A stretch of 64,000 nt of DNA, taken from positions 24,180,001 through 24,244,000 of the forward strand of contig OX597819.1 of assembly GCA_951406725.2 (NCBI GenBank), given 5' to 3'. Numbering within the stretch: position 1 is the first letter of the stretch; every line of letters begins with the position of its first letter. This stretch comes from Octopus vulgaris (Eukaryota). Below, one piece after another: positions 13,751-27,901 of the stretch. The notes under the pieces were generated by a model. The model had not been told where the DNA came from. It saw only the letters and a list, made by a program, of their open reading frames with translations, and did not search any database. The position numbers and the translations under genes are program-made.

Positions 13751-15031
13751 TAGGTTGTTTCACATGAAATGTCGTATTTGAAAGGTAGCAATAAAATGTT
13801 TCAGGAGTGTTAGAGAACTGATTTATTTAATCAAAATATGATCCATGTCCAATTTTGACATTTCGCTATGTCATATATTCGCTATGTCATATATTCGCTA
13901 TGTCAACATTTCGCTATTTCATATATTCCATCTTTAAAAAAAATTCATCTTTTGCTGTGATAAACTGTCTGAATGCCTTAATTACCTCTTCTATTTTTAA
14001 GAATGTTTTATTCCTTATGAATTGCCCAAAATGCTTAAATAATTGGTGGTCGGTAGGAGAGATATCAGTGGAATTGGGGGAATGTTGCAAAATCTCATAA
14101 TTCAGGCTTTGCAACTTTTGGACCGTAGCTTGAGGAGTGTGAGGACGTGCATTGTTGTGGAGCAAAATTGGGCCATTTCTATTCACTAGTCTGGGTTCAT
14201 TCTTTTTCAAATTCTTATGCATACAATCAATTTGCTGGCAATACCATGTTGCTGTTACTGTTTTTTCCTTGTTGCAAAAATGAATAATGAATAACTCCGT
14301 TTGCAGACCACTATACAGACCGCTAACTTTTTAGGGTGCAATGGAAGGTTCGAGTAGTGTTTTAGTGACTCTCCTACATCTAAATACTATCTTGTTCTCC
14401 TGCTCTTGTCAAAGAATATCTATTTCTCATCACAAATAATGATTTGATGCAAAAATGATCTTTTCCAGTCTAGAAAGCAATAAAGAGCACATTTCGAAGT
14501 GTCTGTTTTCTGAATCTCGTTCAGATGATGTGGAACAAACTTATCCGATTTCATGACTTTTCCAATTTTTTAAAGGTGTCCAAAAACAGTTGTGTGAGAT
14601 GTTTGGAGTTCTGATGAAAGTTTTCGAACCTTCGTTCTCGGATTTTGTTCCACCAAAGTATTTAATCAATCATACCAAATAACTAATTTTGGCCTATCCT
14701 TGGCTTATTTTCAAGGCTATCATCTCCTGAACGAGAGCTTTAGAACCATCTCTGAACAGTTCTGATGTCAACAAAACCATTACCAAAGGCCTGCTTGATA
14801 TTCCGAAGAGCTTCTGCGGCAGAGTGACAGAGTTTGTACTCAGACGAGAAAATCACTCAATATAGTTTGGTTGTTGTCATGTTCATAAGGTCTGTGGGTA
14901 CGAATTTTGTATTCCAATATTGTTGGGAAAGAAAAAGAGTCAAGATTAAATGCAAAGTATACATAATTGAGTTTTTAAATGACTGAAATAACAAGTAATT
15001 AAAAATGCGACATTTCATGTGAAACAACCTA
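13751..15031 (-). mobile_element. mariner DNA transposon, decayed
   Basis: TIRs taggttgtttcacatgaaatgtcg and cgacatttcatgtgaaacaaccta. Residual transposase LLHNNARPH...HSPNSTDISPTDHQLF (ORF 13914-14222). Confidence 0.88.
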
Positions 15032-15035
15032 TTCA

Positions 15036-15430
15036 TTTTATTTGTTTCAGCCATTTGACTGCGGCCAAGCTAGATCACAGCCTTTAGTCGAGCAAATCGA
15101 CCTCAGGACTTATTCTTTGTAAGCCTAATACTTATTCTATCTGTCTCTTTTGATAAACCGCTAACTTACTGGGACGTAAAAACACCGACATCAGTTGTCA
15201 AGCGGTGTTGGGGGTACAAATACAGACACACACACACACATACACACACACACACACATACATATACGACGGGCTTCTTTCAGTTTCTGTCTACCAAATC
15301 TACTCACAAGGTTTTGGTCGGCCCGGGACTATAGTAGAACACACTTGCCCGAGGTGCCACACAGTGGGACTGAACCCGAAACAATGTAGTTGGTAATCAA
15401 GCTACTTATCACGCAGTTACTCCTGCGCCT
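15036..15430 (-). mobile_element. tRNA-derived SINE, family C (internal microsatellite, CR1-like tail)
   Basis: Reverse complement of the 27193-27582 consensus. Confidence 0.88.
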
Positions 15431-15460
15431 ATATATATATAAATGTGTGTGTGTGTACAC

Positions 15461-15544
<84 letters not shown>

Positions 15545-15864
15545 TGTATGTGTAGGTGTGCATATATATGCATATGAAAATAAACACACTCATGTATTTG
15601 TTTTTCATGTATGTATGTTTCTGTATACTTAGAGCACGGAAAAGAGAGAATATTTATTCGTAAATATGAATTACATTTATAAAGAGCAGTTCGTACCCTG
15701 CCGGCAAAATGTGACACCTAATTGGTCAACTGCAGGGAAATATTTGAGTAAAACACGACCCGATATTCATTAGCACGAAGTAATCATGTCTAGTTTATTA
15801 TCAATACAAAAATTTCAAGCAATCATCTCTATCTGTCGCACAAAGGCATTCACGAACACACGTA

Positions 15865-15878
15865 TAGATTAGATAGAC

Positions 15879-15945
<67 letters not shown>

Positions 15946-15952
15946 TAGATAC

Positions 15953-16028
<76 letters not shown>

Positions 16029-16029
16029 G

Positions 16030-16103
<74 letters not shown>

Positions 16104-16120
16104 AATAGACAGACTGACAG
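15865..16120. repeat. (GATA)n/(GACA)n compound microsatellite
   Basis: Direct inspection. Confidence 0.95.
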
Positions 16121-16705
16121 AAACGCAGGCAGACAATCGTGTACATAATGGGTGGTATCAGAAACAGTGGAGCCTCTGCTTAAATATCTAAATCTTTTAA
16201 GGGATTTTGTTTTTTTTATTATATATCTGAATTTCAAATCCCGCCAGGGGTTGAACCTTGTTCTCTCGAAATTGATAAGACATGTGCCATGAATGCACTT
16301 TGGTCTATTCATTCGATTGTAACAATTCCCTACAATTTTGTGGCCTTGTACTAATAATGTATGTACGAAATGATGATTCCAAACTGTATGTATGTCATTA
16401 TTCAGTTGTATTTCAAGAAGAAAGAGCCAGTTTGCTAACCTAGATCCAAGGCTGTGTCATTGGAATTTTAACAACATTAACCGTATTTTTTTATGTATGT
16501 GTGTATATGTGCAGATTTGTATGCTTTGTTTACGTATGTATGTGTGTGTGTGTATATGTATGTATGTTTGTGTGTATGTATATATGCATTATATGTATGT
16601 ATATGTGATATATTTTACGCACCCTAAGTGGCAACATCACATCTTTAGTCTGCTCTACTCCACACATCCACCCCTGCACCTATATATATATATATATGTA
16701 TATAT

Positions 16706-17116
16706 AGGTGCAGGGGTGGATGTGTGGTAGTAGCTTGCTTACCAACCCCATGGTTCCAGGTTGATTCCCACTGCGTAGCACCTTGGGCAAGGGTCTTCTA
16801 CTATAGCCTTGGGCTGACCAAAGCCTTGTGAGTGGATTTGGTAGACGGAAACTCAAAGAAGCCCGTTGTATATATGTATATATATGTATGTGTGTGTATA
16901 TGTTCGTGTGTCTGTGTTTGTCCCCCCCCCCCAACATCGCTTAACAACCGATGGTGGTGTGTTTACCTCCCCGTAACTTAGCGGTTCGGCAAAAGCGACC
17001 GATAGAATAAGTACTGGGCTTCCAAAGAATAAAACCTGGGGTCGATTTGCTCGACTAAAGACGGTGTTCCAGCATGGCCGCACTCAAGGGATTGAAACAA
17101 GTAAAAGAGTAAAAGA
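16706..17116 (+). mobile_element. SINE family C, full length
   Basis: GGTGCAGG..TGTGTGGTA..CTTGCTTACCAACC...GACGGAAACT..AAGAAGCCCG, microsatellite, then ...CCAGCATGGCCGC...GAAACAAGTAAAAGA. Confidence 0.88.
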
Positions 17117-17861
17117 GCATATATATATATATATAGATATGTGTGTGTATAATGTAGTCAGACCTTATGGATTAATTATATTGAATGAAGTCTGTAACGC
17201 CTTAGCCGTAGAAAGTAGGCATATATATATATATATATATATTTTATTGTATTTGTACAAAATAAACGAGATTGCTCTGATAAACTCCGATTCATACCCC
17301 TATACGTCCAGAAGTTTTAAAAATCACTATTTAAATTAAACATAGTCCCAAAAGTAACTTAAGTGGTTATACATTTTAAAAATATTTTCCTTACCTGTGA
17401 TCTTTTGCTATTTCTTTGCATTTTCTTCTTTTTTCGCCTGTTCATCGCTACTCCTACAGTTAAAATTTTTAAATCCTTTTATATTCATCATGAGTCATTT
17501 AAAATTTGTCTTCAGCCCAAAATTGACTGACAACTATTTGGAGCCTGTAAGTTGTTAATGAATTTTGATGTTTATGAACAAACTGATTTTCGTTTTTGTC
17601 GTACATTTTTCTTATGTAGCCAACTAGCTTCTTCTGAGGTTACATGGTGTTGTAAATTTTTCTCGCTTTGGGTGAAATTTGAAAGAATAAAAAGTGAAAC
17701 AACATGTTTAAAAAAAAATACGGTTTCTTAAATTGATTTGGGAAAGATAAGTGGTCTAAGAGCTACTATGTAAATGACATTCCACTTCTACCTGATTTTG
17801 CATCACAGTCAACAGAATAGGTCTGAATAGTACTAGGAATGGCGGTAACAACAACAACAGA

Positions 17862-18030
17862 GGAGGCGTAATGGCCCAGTGGTTAGGGCAGCGGACTCAT
17901 GGTCGTAAGAACGCGGTTTCGAAGCCCAGACCGGGTATTGTGAGTGTTTATTGAGCAAAAACACCTGAGCTCCATGAGGCTCCGGCGGCGGTGGGGGTGT
18001 GAACCCCGCTGTACTCTTTCACCACAACTA
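17862..18030 (+). mobile_element. SINE family B, 5' part
   Basis: GGAGGCGTAATGGCCCAGTGGTTAGGGCAGCGGACTC head. Confidence 0.85.
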
Positions 18031-18653
18031 GACATGTGCAAAAACCCATATTGGACCGTGAACGGCGCTTTTGGGTCGTATTTTCTGTGTTCTTTCGTTT
18101 TGTCAGCTAAGGACACAGAAATACACGCATCTTACATTCAAATAACACTATTTACAGTCCAATATGCACATACACACATGTGTATGACGAGTATTTTATT
18201 CAGGAAGGTCTTTTTACACCCAAATACATTCGAGCTTATTAAGTATGTTTTTAAATGAATATATGTTGTTCAACGTTGCTTCGTGTAGCATTATTCATTT
18301 AACAACCAATATTTGAAATTTGAAAAAAATACAAATCAATTGTTCACTTCTTTTATCAATCATATTTATGTTCTAACACGTTTTTAAAACGCTCAAGATT
18401 CAGTTCACAAGCCTTAGATAATATTTATAAAAATTCGAGGTGTACCGAGATACCCTCTTTGGGTGTACTATTTGAGATCTACTGACCTAAAGTTATTTTA
18501 TTAGTGTAATTCGGGTCTGAAGAAAGTGCATGAGAGATATTACTCAGCTTAATTACCATGAAATAACCCCCACATATACATACGTGCGTGCACACACACA
18601 TACATACATATTATATATATTATATATGTATACATGTATATATATGTATATGT

Positions 18654-18707
<54 letters not shown>

Positions 18708-18986
18708 ACATATATATGTGTATATATATATATGTGTATTTATATATGTATGTACACACACACACACACACACACACATATCATATACTTCTACATATAC
18801 ATAATAGGTTTGTGTATGCATGTTTGCGTGTATATATATATGTATGTGTATGTGTGTGTGTGTGTGTGTGCGCGCGTGTATACGTACATATATTCCCGCT
18901 TCAAATATAAATGTACTTTTAAAGAATTGATATCCCTTTTTTATTTTTTTAATATTTTTAGCGGTCTTGATTTATACATCTCCCTG

Positions 18987-19018
<32 letters not shown>

Positions 19019-19023
19019 AACAC

Positions 19024-19070
<47 letters not shown>

Positions 19071-19261
19071 CACGCACACACATTTCAAACCAATACACCA
19101 CTAATATTTATTTCGGTTCATTACCGGGGCTGAAAGCTTAATAGGTTGATCCCATAAGATTATGAAAAAAATTAAAAGATTAATAAAACAATCCCCGACT
19201 AATGTCTGGAAGAAAAAGGAGCAAAATGTACTGAAACAACTGCGTTATGTTTTAAAGAAGT

Positions 19262-19597
19262 GAAGGCGCATGGCTCAGTGGTTAGAGCGTCGAGCTTACG
19301 ATCGTGAGGTTGTGAGCTCGAATCCCGGACCGGGCTGCGTGTTGTGTTCTTGAGCAAGACACTTTATTTCACGTTGCTCCAGTTCATTCAGCTGTAGAAA
19401 TGAGTTGCAACGTCACTGATGCGAAGCTGTATCGGCCCCTTTGCCTTTCCCTTGGATAACACTGGTGGCGTGGAGAGGGGAGGCCGGTATGCATGGACGA
19501 CTGCTGGTCTTCCATAAACAACCTTGCCCAGACTTGTGACTAGGAGGGTAACTTCCTAGGTGCAATCCCATGGTCAGTGTCGTGACCGAAGGGGGTC
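19262..19597 (+). mobile_element. tRNA-derived SINE, family D
   Basis: GAAGGCGCATGGCTCAGTGGTTAGAGC A box, GAGCTCGAATCCC B box, TTGAGCAAGACACTT central block. Partial relative at ~4375-4520. Confidence 0.8.
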
Positions 19598-19854
19598 CCG
19601 GATCCCAGATGTTTTAAAGAACTATTTTGTTAAGACTATGATCACTGGAATGGCTGTGTGTGAAGTTTGTCGCTTCGTGTCTACGTGACTCGGCCAGTTC
19701 GATTCAACTACGTGATTCTCCAAACGCTATTTCAGGAAGTTTATCGAAATTTAAGTATATTATTCAAATAAATTTAATATTTCTCATATTACGCTAGGTT
19801 TCATTGGCGATCAATTAGATATTTCAACCGGACGTGAAGCCGTTTCCGCTTTAA

Positions 19855-20161
19855 CCCCTTACCCAACAATTATTTTGAAAATAAATGTATTTTTTCAGAC
19901 ATATTTTTTAATTGTTTTTTTTACTATGTTTTGAATGGTGATTTCGAGGTATATTTCAAACCTTATTTATTATGAATTTTAATTCAATAATATTGATTTT
20001 AAATTACCGCTTTGAGCAGAAACGAGTTAACCCGTTTTTAGACGAAGGAACTCGTTTGCTGTCGATTTTGGCGAGTCTATCTTTTGACGAGTTAACTCGC
20101 CAGAGATAGAAAAAAACGATTTCGGTCAAAACGAATATATTCGTTTCAGCCGGGTAAGGGG
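19855..20161. mobile_element. piggyBac-type MITE
   Basis: TTAA|CCCCTTACCC ... GGGTAAGGGG|TTAA: terminal inverted repeats with TTAA target duplications. Confidence 0.75.
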
Positions 20162-20599
20162 TTAAAGCCTTCCCTAACCATTGTTGTAAGAGAATCGACA
20201 TTTGAATTGAAACGGTTAAATTCTTTGTCTAAGCTTATATAATACGACCAAAAGATATCCTCAGTTGTTTCTCAAATTTACAGAAATAATTTTTAAAATA
20301 TTAGCCATTTGAAATCATATTTTCTCCTTACCGACTGTTTTCTGCATTGAATATATTAACACTAAGCTAACTGCTGTCAGATATCGGTTTTATTGTTGAT
20401 TGAAGTATCTTCTCCACAGGGACCGTAATGGCGCTGTCAATGTAGCACAGAACGTACGATTGAAGCCCATTAATTTCGAACGATTAGTAGTTTAGTTGAA
20501 ACAACCGGATTTCCCTCTCTTCTAATACTTTCTGCATATTTCATCACAGAAACAGTCCTGTTTTTACTCCAATCACCCACAGTTATAAATTTGATAGGG

Positions 20600-21870
20600 T
20601 TAGGGAAATATAAAACTGCATATGTAGCAGAGATGACAGGTATGTACAAAAAAATCCAGGTTTTATTTATTGTAGTTGCTCTGCCCTTAGCATTAATCAG
20701 GGATATATATATATATATACATATATATAATATTAAATTAGAGATAAAACCACTATTAGGCAAATCAAACAATGAAAAACATAAGCCAATACATAAAATT
20801 AATTAATTTATATTATTTTAAATATATATCAAAAGTATTAAAAGTTTAATAAAAGATAATGAGTAAAACACTACGATCGTTTCATGGCTGTCCAATTCGT
20901 AATAATTCGAGTTATGGTTACAGTCAATCTTCAGGTAATTGAAATATCTAAAATATAATCAGAAATATTTAAACAATATTTTAAAGATATAAATAATATA
21001 ATAATTTTACTTATAATAAACTCTATTATCAAACTAGAAACATAGAACTTAACAATTATGATTATACCAAAATCGACTATAATGTTAAATATTAATTTTA
21101 ATTTATAAGGTAGGAAACCCACCAATAATCTAATATCGGTATTAGTCTATATCTAATTACATAAGTATTTAAAAATGACTAATATATATAAATTATCAAT
21201 GAAAATATATAAATGTATATAAATATTATAATTAAGATCTAAAATAATCTCTATAAATAAATATATATGCACATATGATAAAAACCTAATAAATTAATTT
21301 TTCATATTTAAAGATGAAATAGCTAATTTCAAAATACAAATAAACAAACTTAAACGAACTTTCAGAAATCTTATGTAAAAAACTTATAGAAATAATCAAT
21401 TCGTAGCAATATAGTATCAAATAAATACTATAAATATAATTATCAATGGGAATAACTAGCGAATATCAATTTAAAGAAATAACTAAGTTATGCTATTAAA
21501 TTAGACATGGCCTGGACCAATCTTTAGTCGCAACATATCTAAGTTTATCAAAGTTTATCTAATTTAATTATAAATGTAAAACTATAATTAATACTATTAA
21601 AACATGTATATACAAAAGCCTAACTTAATACACCTCGTATACTTACTATCAAATAACAAATCTATCGCTAAGTAGTATATTACGAATAAACTTAAATTTA
21701 ATATCTAATAATATAGAAAATTACGATAATTAGATCATTACATAAACAACAATATTTACATAAGGAAAATATTATTACTCCAAAGACTTATACAATATCA
21801 AAATTTACAATTTGAAGATCTTAAATAAATACATACTTATCTTAGCGAGGTTTAACAATGAACTAAAATT
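20600..21870 (+). pseudogene. strongly AT-eroded PLE RT/EN relic
   Basis: Residual motifs CPIR (~20887), RKPT (~21112) and LKIL (~21811) in PLE order. No open frame. Confidence 0.4.
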
Positions 21871-22080
21871 TTGAATCGGAAAACGTCTTTACAGCGTTTA
21901 TAAGAATACTGGTGGAATTACGTTATTAGCAAAAATAAAAAAAGAATAAATTGTTGAAGAATTCATTACGCGTGAGGAACCTACGCTTTATTAATGAGAT
22001 TGTGAATGGGAAAATCATTGGTTTATCATTGTTTATATACATATATATGTGTGTGTGTGCGTGTGTCCGTGTGTGTGTAT

Positions 22081-22117
<37 letters not shown>

Positions 22118-22974
22118 AAGAGTAAGAAGAAAATGGAGAGGATCAACTTTTAGACATTATATTATGCCAATTTATTTATTTACTAAAATGACAATTACAA
22201 GAATATACATACATGTATAACATATGCTTTACATATAAAATATATAAAGATACCAGTAATTATTAAATTATATAACAAACAGGAATAGAAATTGGGAAAA
22301 TATCTTATATATATATATATATATATGATTTAAAGTATTCTAGTCATGACTATTACGACTTGTTTGTAGTATGTAGTGTGCTTTAGATTGCATTATTCAA
22401 CATTTCCTATTATGAAACACTCTGGTGTGGCTTGAAGGAAATTTGACTGCTTGGAGAAAAGTATTAATGTCTTCCGTTGGCTATTAACGAGATGAACGGA
22501 GCTAGTCTATGTTAGCTTAGAAAAAAATCACCAGACGAAAATGTCACATTTCATTTAAATACCATAAATAATAGTTAATGTAATTAAACATCATTAAACG
22601 AATAATATTGTAAATTGACTATTAACTGACAATAACAATAAACGGTTTTTTATACACAATGACACAATCAAGCTGTCACTGGCAAGCAAGTATGACGTAA
22701 TGTGTGCCGAACATCATGAATTTGACAATTGGAGCGAGAGTGGAGTACATCACTACCCATACACGACTGGAACTCCTTTCTGTTAAGTAGACGAGTTACA
22801 TGAAATGCTGGTCCTTGCTCAAAGACATGATGTACCACCCGATCCAAGACACCATAATGTTGTACATAATGGCATTACAAATATGTGAAACAAACGACGT
22901 TTTCTTCAATATCGTAAAAATAAAACGATGAAGCAAGAAATCCTCCACCCCGCCCTTAAAACCGTCATTTATTG

Positions 22975-23875
22975 AAGTTTTTCTGTGACATTTTCCCGTG
23001 ACATCTTTTCACTGAAGTTTTAATTATTCCTTCGCTGATTTTCCTGTGACGTTTTTTCTTTGATTTTTTTTTCGGTGACCTTTACTCTGTGTTTTTCTTT
23101 CTATGATGTTTCTGTGACGTATTTTCCTATGACGTTTTTACCGTGACTTTTTTTCTGTAACTGCGTACCTGTATTATATTATTTCGATGGTTTTACTGAG
23201 ACTTTGTTTGTGACGCTTTTCCTGTGAACGTTTATTATTTGAATTTTTTCTGTGATACTTTTTACGTCGTGGCTTTTACTCTGCGACATTTTTTCTGTGA
23301 CATTTTTACGTCGTGGTTTTTATTCTGCCACATTTTTTCTGTGACATTTTCTGCGATAGTTTGTGCGACGTTTCGTTTGAGGCTTTTTCTGACGTTTCCC
23401 TGTGGTTTTTTCGGGATCTTTCTTGTAACTGAATTTTTACAATGTTTTTTTTTTATTGTGACTTTCTTCAGCTATCTTTCCTAGGATCGTCTATATAATA
23501 CTTTTTACTTGGCTTTTTTTGGTATCGTTTTAGTGGTTTTCTTTGATTATTTTTCTTGTGAATTTTTCTATGACATTTTTCTTGTGAAATTTGTTTTCTT
23601 TGGTTTTGTGACGATATTCCTGTGGATTTTCTGGGGTATTTTCCCTCTTTTTTTCTGTGATATTTTCTCTGTGACCTTTTCCATGACGTTTTAGCTGTAA
23701 CGTTTTGCCTATCGCTATTTTTCAGTGACGTTTTACCTTTGACGTTGTTCTGTGGCGTTACCTACCATTCTGGATATTTTGTGTGGCGCTTTATTTCTGA
23801 TGTTTTCTGGGTGGCTTTTTTCTGTGAGCTTTTAACTGAGACCTTTTTTATGACGTTTTCCTAATTGTTTTCCTA
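22975..23875 (+). repeat. degenerate tandem array of ~12-nt TTTTTCTGTGAC units
   Basis: Dozens of T-run + TGTGAC/TGACG variants. Confidence 0.8.
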
Positions 23876-24384
23876 GATTCAAATCTATCTCTCTAGAAGA
23901 TAGTTCGAATAAAAACTATTTTAGAACATGACTGATGTTAGTTTCATGAAGATTGAAAAGCAAAACCTTCTCTTTTGAGATTTAATGTCGTTATGTAAAG
24001 GAATGTTAATACATACACAGACACTCCCCCACTCAAAAAAAAAAAACACGTCACGCATCCACACACTCATATACACATAAATAAGAATATTTGATGCTAT
24101 AATTTCAAGCATTTGTGTATCCACGTCAGATTAATGTCAACAAATCTTGTTAGACTTTCAGTTTTGCCTTTTCCACCATTTTACCAAAGAATCCAAATGG
24201 AACTTTATATTAGATTGAATTAGCTTTCACTCGCGTCTGTCACAAGGACGCTTGTGTTAATGACTGACCCAGTAATTTATTATATCATTCACAAGTTAAG
24301 GGAGTTGGAAACAAGTAACAGTTATTAAACAATTATGGCAATCAATGGCTGAGAAATTAGAAAAATATTAGTAGATACATATAC

Positions 24385-24517
24385 ATCGTCGCAAGCTACA
24401 TGGTTCCAGGTTCGGTCCTACTGCGCGGTATTTTGGGTGAATCTTCTATTATAGCTTTAGGATGACCATTATCTCCTGATTGAATTTGGTTGACGGAAAC
24501 TGTGTAGAATTCCGTCG

Positions 24518-24520
<3 letters not shown>
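24385..24520 (+). mobile_element. SINE family C, 5' half, diverged
   Basis: catggttccaggttcggtcc...gacggaaactg...ccgtcgta. Confidence 0.7.
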
Positions 24521-24607
<87 letters not shown>

Positions 24608-24860
24608 ATTGTCTGTCTATCTATCTATTGATTTCTCTATTTGTGTATAAATTAAAGATATAATCCTTAATATGATTATACCAGTGGCCAGCGTATAAAA
24701 ACCACCATACCGGTAAGATGAATATTCAAGTTTATAATTATGCTTATGCGCTAGAAGTAGATGTCAATTGTTTACACATTTAGAGTGCTTTGTAGATACT
24801 TCTAGCGTATTGGCTTTGTCTCTCCAACGCCCTTGGTTATGATTATATATATTAAATGCG

Positions 24861-25160
24861 TGGAGGCGCAATGGCCCAGTGGTTAGGGCAGCGGACTCGC
24901 GGTTATAGGATCGCGGTTTCGATTCCCAGACCGGGCGTTGTGAGTGTTTATTGAGCGAAAAACACCTAAAAGCTCCACAAGGCTCCGGCAGGGGGTGGTG
25001 ATCCCTGCTGCACTCTTTCTCCACTCTTTCTCTCTTTCTTCTGTGGGCCTGCTCGCTTAGCTAGCGGGGTGGCGTCATTTGAAGGCTAAAACAGTGCGAA
25101 CGCATTGTGACCAGCGATGTGTAAAACATCTGATGGTCTGGTCGGTCACGTGATCACGTG
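24861..25160 (+). mobile_element. SINE family B, full length
   Basis: tRNA-like head TGGCCCAGTGGTTAGG / GGTTTCGATTCCC. Ends in tcacgtgatcacgtga. Confidence 0.88.
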
Positions 25161-25561
25161 ATATTTAATGCATATCTATCTATCTATCTACTGTAATGTG
25201 TTTTCTTTTTGCATGACAATATTGCCTAAGGTTACCGTGGTCTTTTCCGTAGGCTGTTCTCTCCACGGACAAACCTAATCTGTTCTCCCCTTTTACATTG
25301 ACATTACTGTGATACATGATCCCTATTGATCGGGCCCACTTTCCTTTTCTTTCCCACGATCCCTTTTGATCGGATTTCGCTCTCCCTTTTTTTCTTCTTT
25401 TCACGATCCCTTTTTTATCGAAATTTGCCCCCCCTTTTTTTGTTTTTTACTCCTTCTCTTCTTCCCAAAAAGAGAACCTATACTTTGTATTTTGTCCCTT
25501 CTGTGTTTAGCCCTGCGTGGCCAATAAAGAAATCTAACTAACTATCCATCTGTCTGTCTGC

Positions 25562-25641
<80 letters not shown>

Positions 25642-25809
25642 ATAGATAGACTAGCGGTTGCACGGGCTTGAAAGCTACGTTGTTATCCTCATTCCGTAAA
25701 CGGTGGCTTTTAACGGGTGGAGAGCTGAACCATCCTGGGGCACAGAAGTTTCGCAATCTAGACTAGAGTCCGAAAGTTTTACCACATCACAGTTTTACCA
25801 CAGCACGGG

Positions 25810-26016
25810 TCCTCTGCTTTGTGGCAGAAGTAGGAAGAAAGTGTGAGAGAGAATTGTGGTGAAAGAGTACAGCGGGGTTCACCCCCTCTCCGCCGGAGCC
25901 TCGTGGACCTTAGGTGTTTTTGCTCAATAAACATTCACAATGCCCGGTCTGGGGATTGAACCGCGTTCTTACAACCGCGAGTCCACTGCCCTAACCACTG
26001 GGCCAGTGCGCCTCCA
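25810..26016 (-). mobile_element. SINE family B
   Basis: Reverse complement of the family B head. Confidence 0.85.
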
Positions 26017-26618
26017 TGCTGCTGTTGTAGCCTTAGTTTCTTGTACGTAGATGGTCTAATACCATTGTCACTCGATCAACGAACCCCGCTCCTTTCGTCT
26101 TCCAGGTTAATTCTACTTCATCATCGATTCTTCTCTAACGAAATCTAATCCTTCCTTCTCAGAACATAATCCCTCTGGAGTACTTCCGTGACCGTTTTCA
26201 CTATGTATTTACCGACTTACAGTTGTTAGCGAGGAACTTCAGTCACATCGCTATTATTCTTTTCGAAGATCTGTAAAAGGCCTTAGACATTACCCCTTCT
26301 TCTAAACCGGTCCACTGAAAAAAAAAAAAGCCCCTGCTGTTTTACAAGCGTAAACATTTTTCTTTTAGTTTCAGGCTGGTTTCACAATTTTATTATTTTC
26401 TTAAACTTTACCTTTAAAGTGGAACCGAACCGCTCCAATAATGAGCCTACCTTTTTGACTGTTTCCGACTGATTGTGAAAGGCTTTTAAAAACACATGCT
26501 TAAAAATGTACGCCGTTCTTTGATGAAATTTATACTCGTTACTCGTTTGTGTGAAGTTGGTCAAGTATTTGTCTGTCTCATTTACTCCACCCTACTCATT
26601 TTCTCTATGGGATCTGTT

Positions 26619-26686
<68 letters not shown>

Positions 26687-27086
26687 TATGCACGAATCTC
26701 TGTGTGTATCTGTGCGTCTGCACGTATTTGTTTGTGTGTCTATGTGAAGCTTGCCTACGTTCTTTTTTAACGTGTGAGCATAAACAGGGAAAGAGCATTT
26801 TTCTCACCGATATTTAATTGAAAACACCGACTTTGTTCTGTTATTATTTTACAGTATTCTATTTGCAGTTTCTCATATTTCCTTATTAGTTTCTTCCGTG
26901 TTATTATTAGCTTGTACGTCAGTTCTGCAAGATCATTTTCATGGAAAAACACAGTAAGTAAAAAGGTTTACTCTATACACTTCCTCACGCACACGTACAC
27001 GTTCTACACCTATTATCCTTATAACCTCACACTTTCAGTATGTATGAATATATGTGTATATATGTATATATATGTATATATAGATG

Positions 27087-27170
<84 letters not shown>

Positions 27171-27192
27171 CACATATGTACATATATACACG

Positions 27193-27582
27193 TAGGTGTG
27201 GCTGTGTGGCACGTAGCTTGCTTACCAACCATGTGATTCCGGGTTCAGTACCACTGGGTGGCACCTTGGGCAAGTGTCTTCTACTATAGCCTCGGGCCGA
27301 CCAGAGCCTTGTGACTGGATTTGGTAGACGGAAACTGAAAGAAGCCCGTCGTATATATGTGTATGTATCTATGTGTGTATGTGTTTGTCCCCACCCCCAA
27401 CATCGCTTGACAACCGATGCTAGTGTGTTTACGTCCCCGTAACTTAGCGGTTCGGCAAAAGAGCCCGATAGATTAAGTACTAGGCTTCCAAAGAATAAGT
27501 CCTGGTGTCGATTTTCTCGACTAGAGGCGGTGCTCCAGCATGGCCACAGTCACAAGACTGACACGAGTAAAAGAGTAAAAGA
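27193..27582 (+). mobile_element. SINE family C, full length
   Basis: Head GGTGTGGCTGTGTGG...GGGTTCAGTACC. Tail GGCGGTGCTCCAGCATGGCCACAGTC..GACTGACACGAGTAAAAGA. Confidence 0.9.
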
Positions 27583-27651
27583 GTATATATACATATGTAT
27601 ATATGTATGAATGTGTATGTATATATATATATACACATATGTATATATATA

Positions 27652-27901
27652 TTGGGCTGGTGCATAATTATTGCGGCTTTTTTCAACAAATTTTATTCAA
27701 CATAAACTATAATAAAATGTAACAAAAACATCTTTAAATGATTATTCCGGAGCATATTCACCATCTATTTCAATTACTGCTTCCCAATTGCTTGGCAGAC
27801 GGTCAGACCGTCATTTAAAGATGTTTTTGTTAAATATTGTTATTGTTTTTGTTGAATAATATTTGTTGAAAAAAAGGCGCAATAATTATGCACCAACCCA
27901 A
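27652..27901. mobile_element. mariner-derived MITE with long TIRs
   Basis: TA|TTGGGCTGGTGCATAATTATTGCG ... CGCAATAATTATGCACCAACCCAA|TA. Inverted similarity extends ~90 bp. Confidence 0.88.

Noticed and set aside
19262-19340. tRNA genes here and at 17862, 24861 and other SINE heads
   Set aside because: A and B boxes are present, but the sequences continue into shared SINE bodies and lack a clean cloverleaf.
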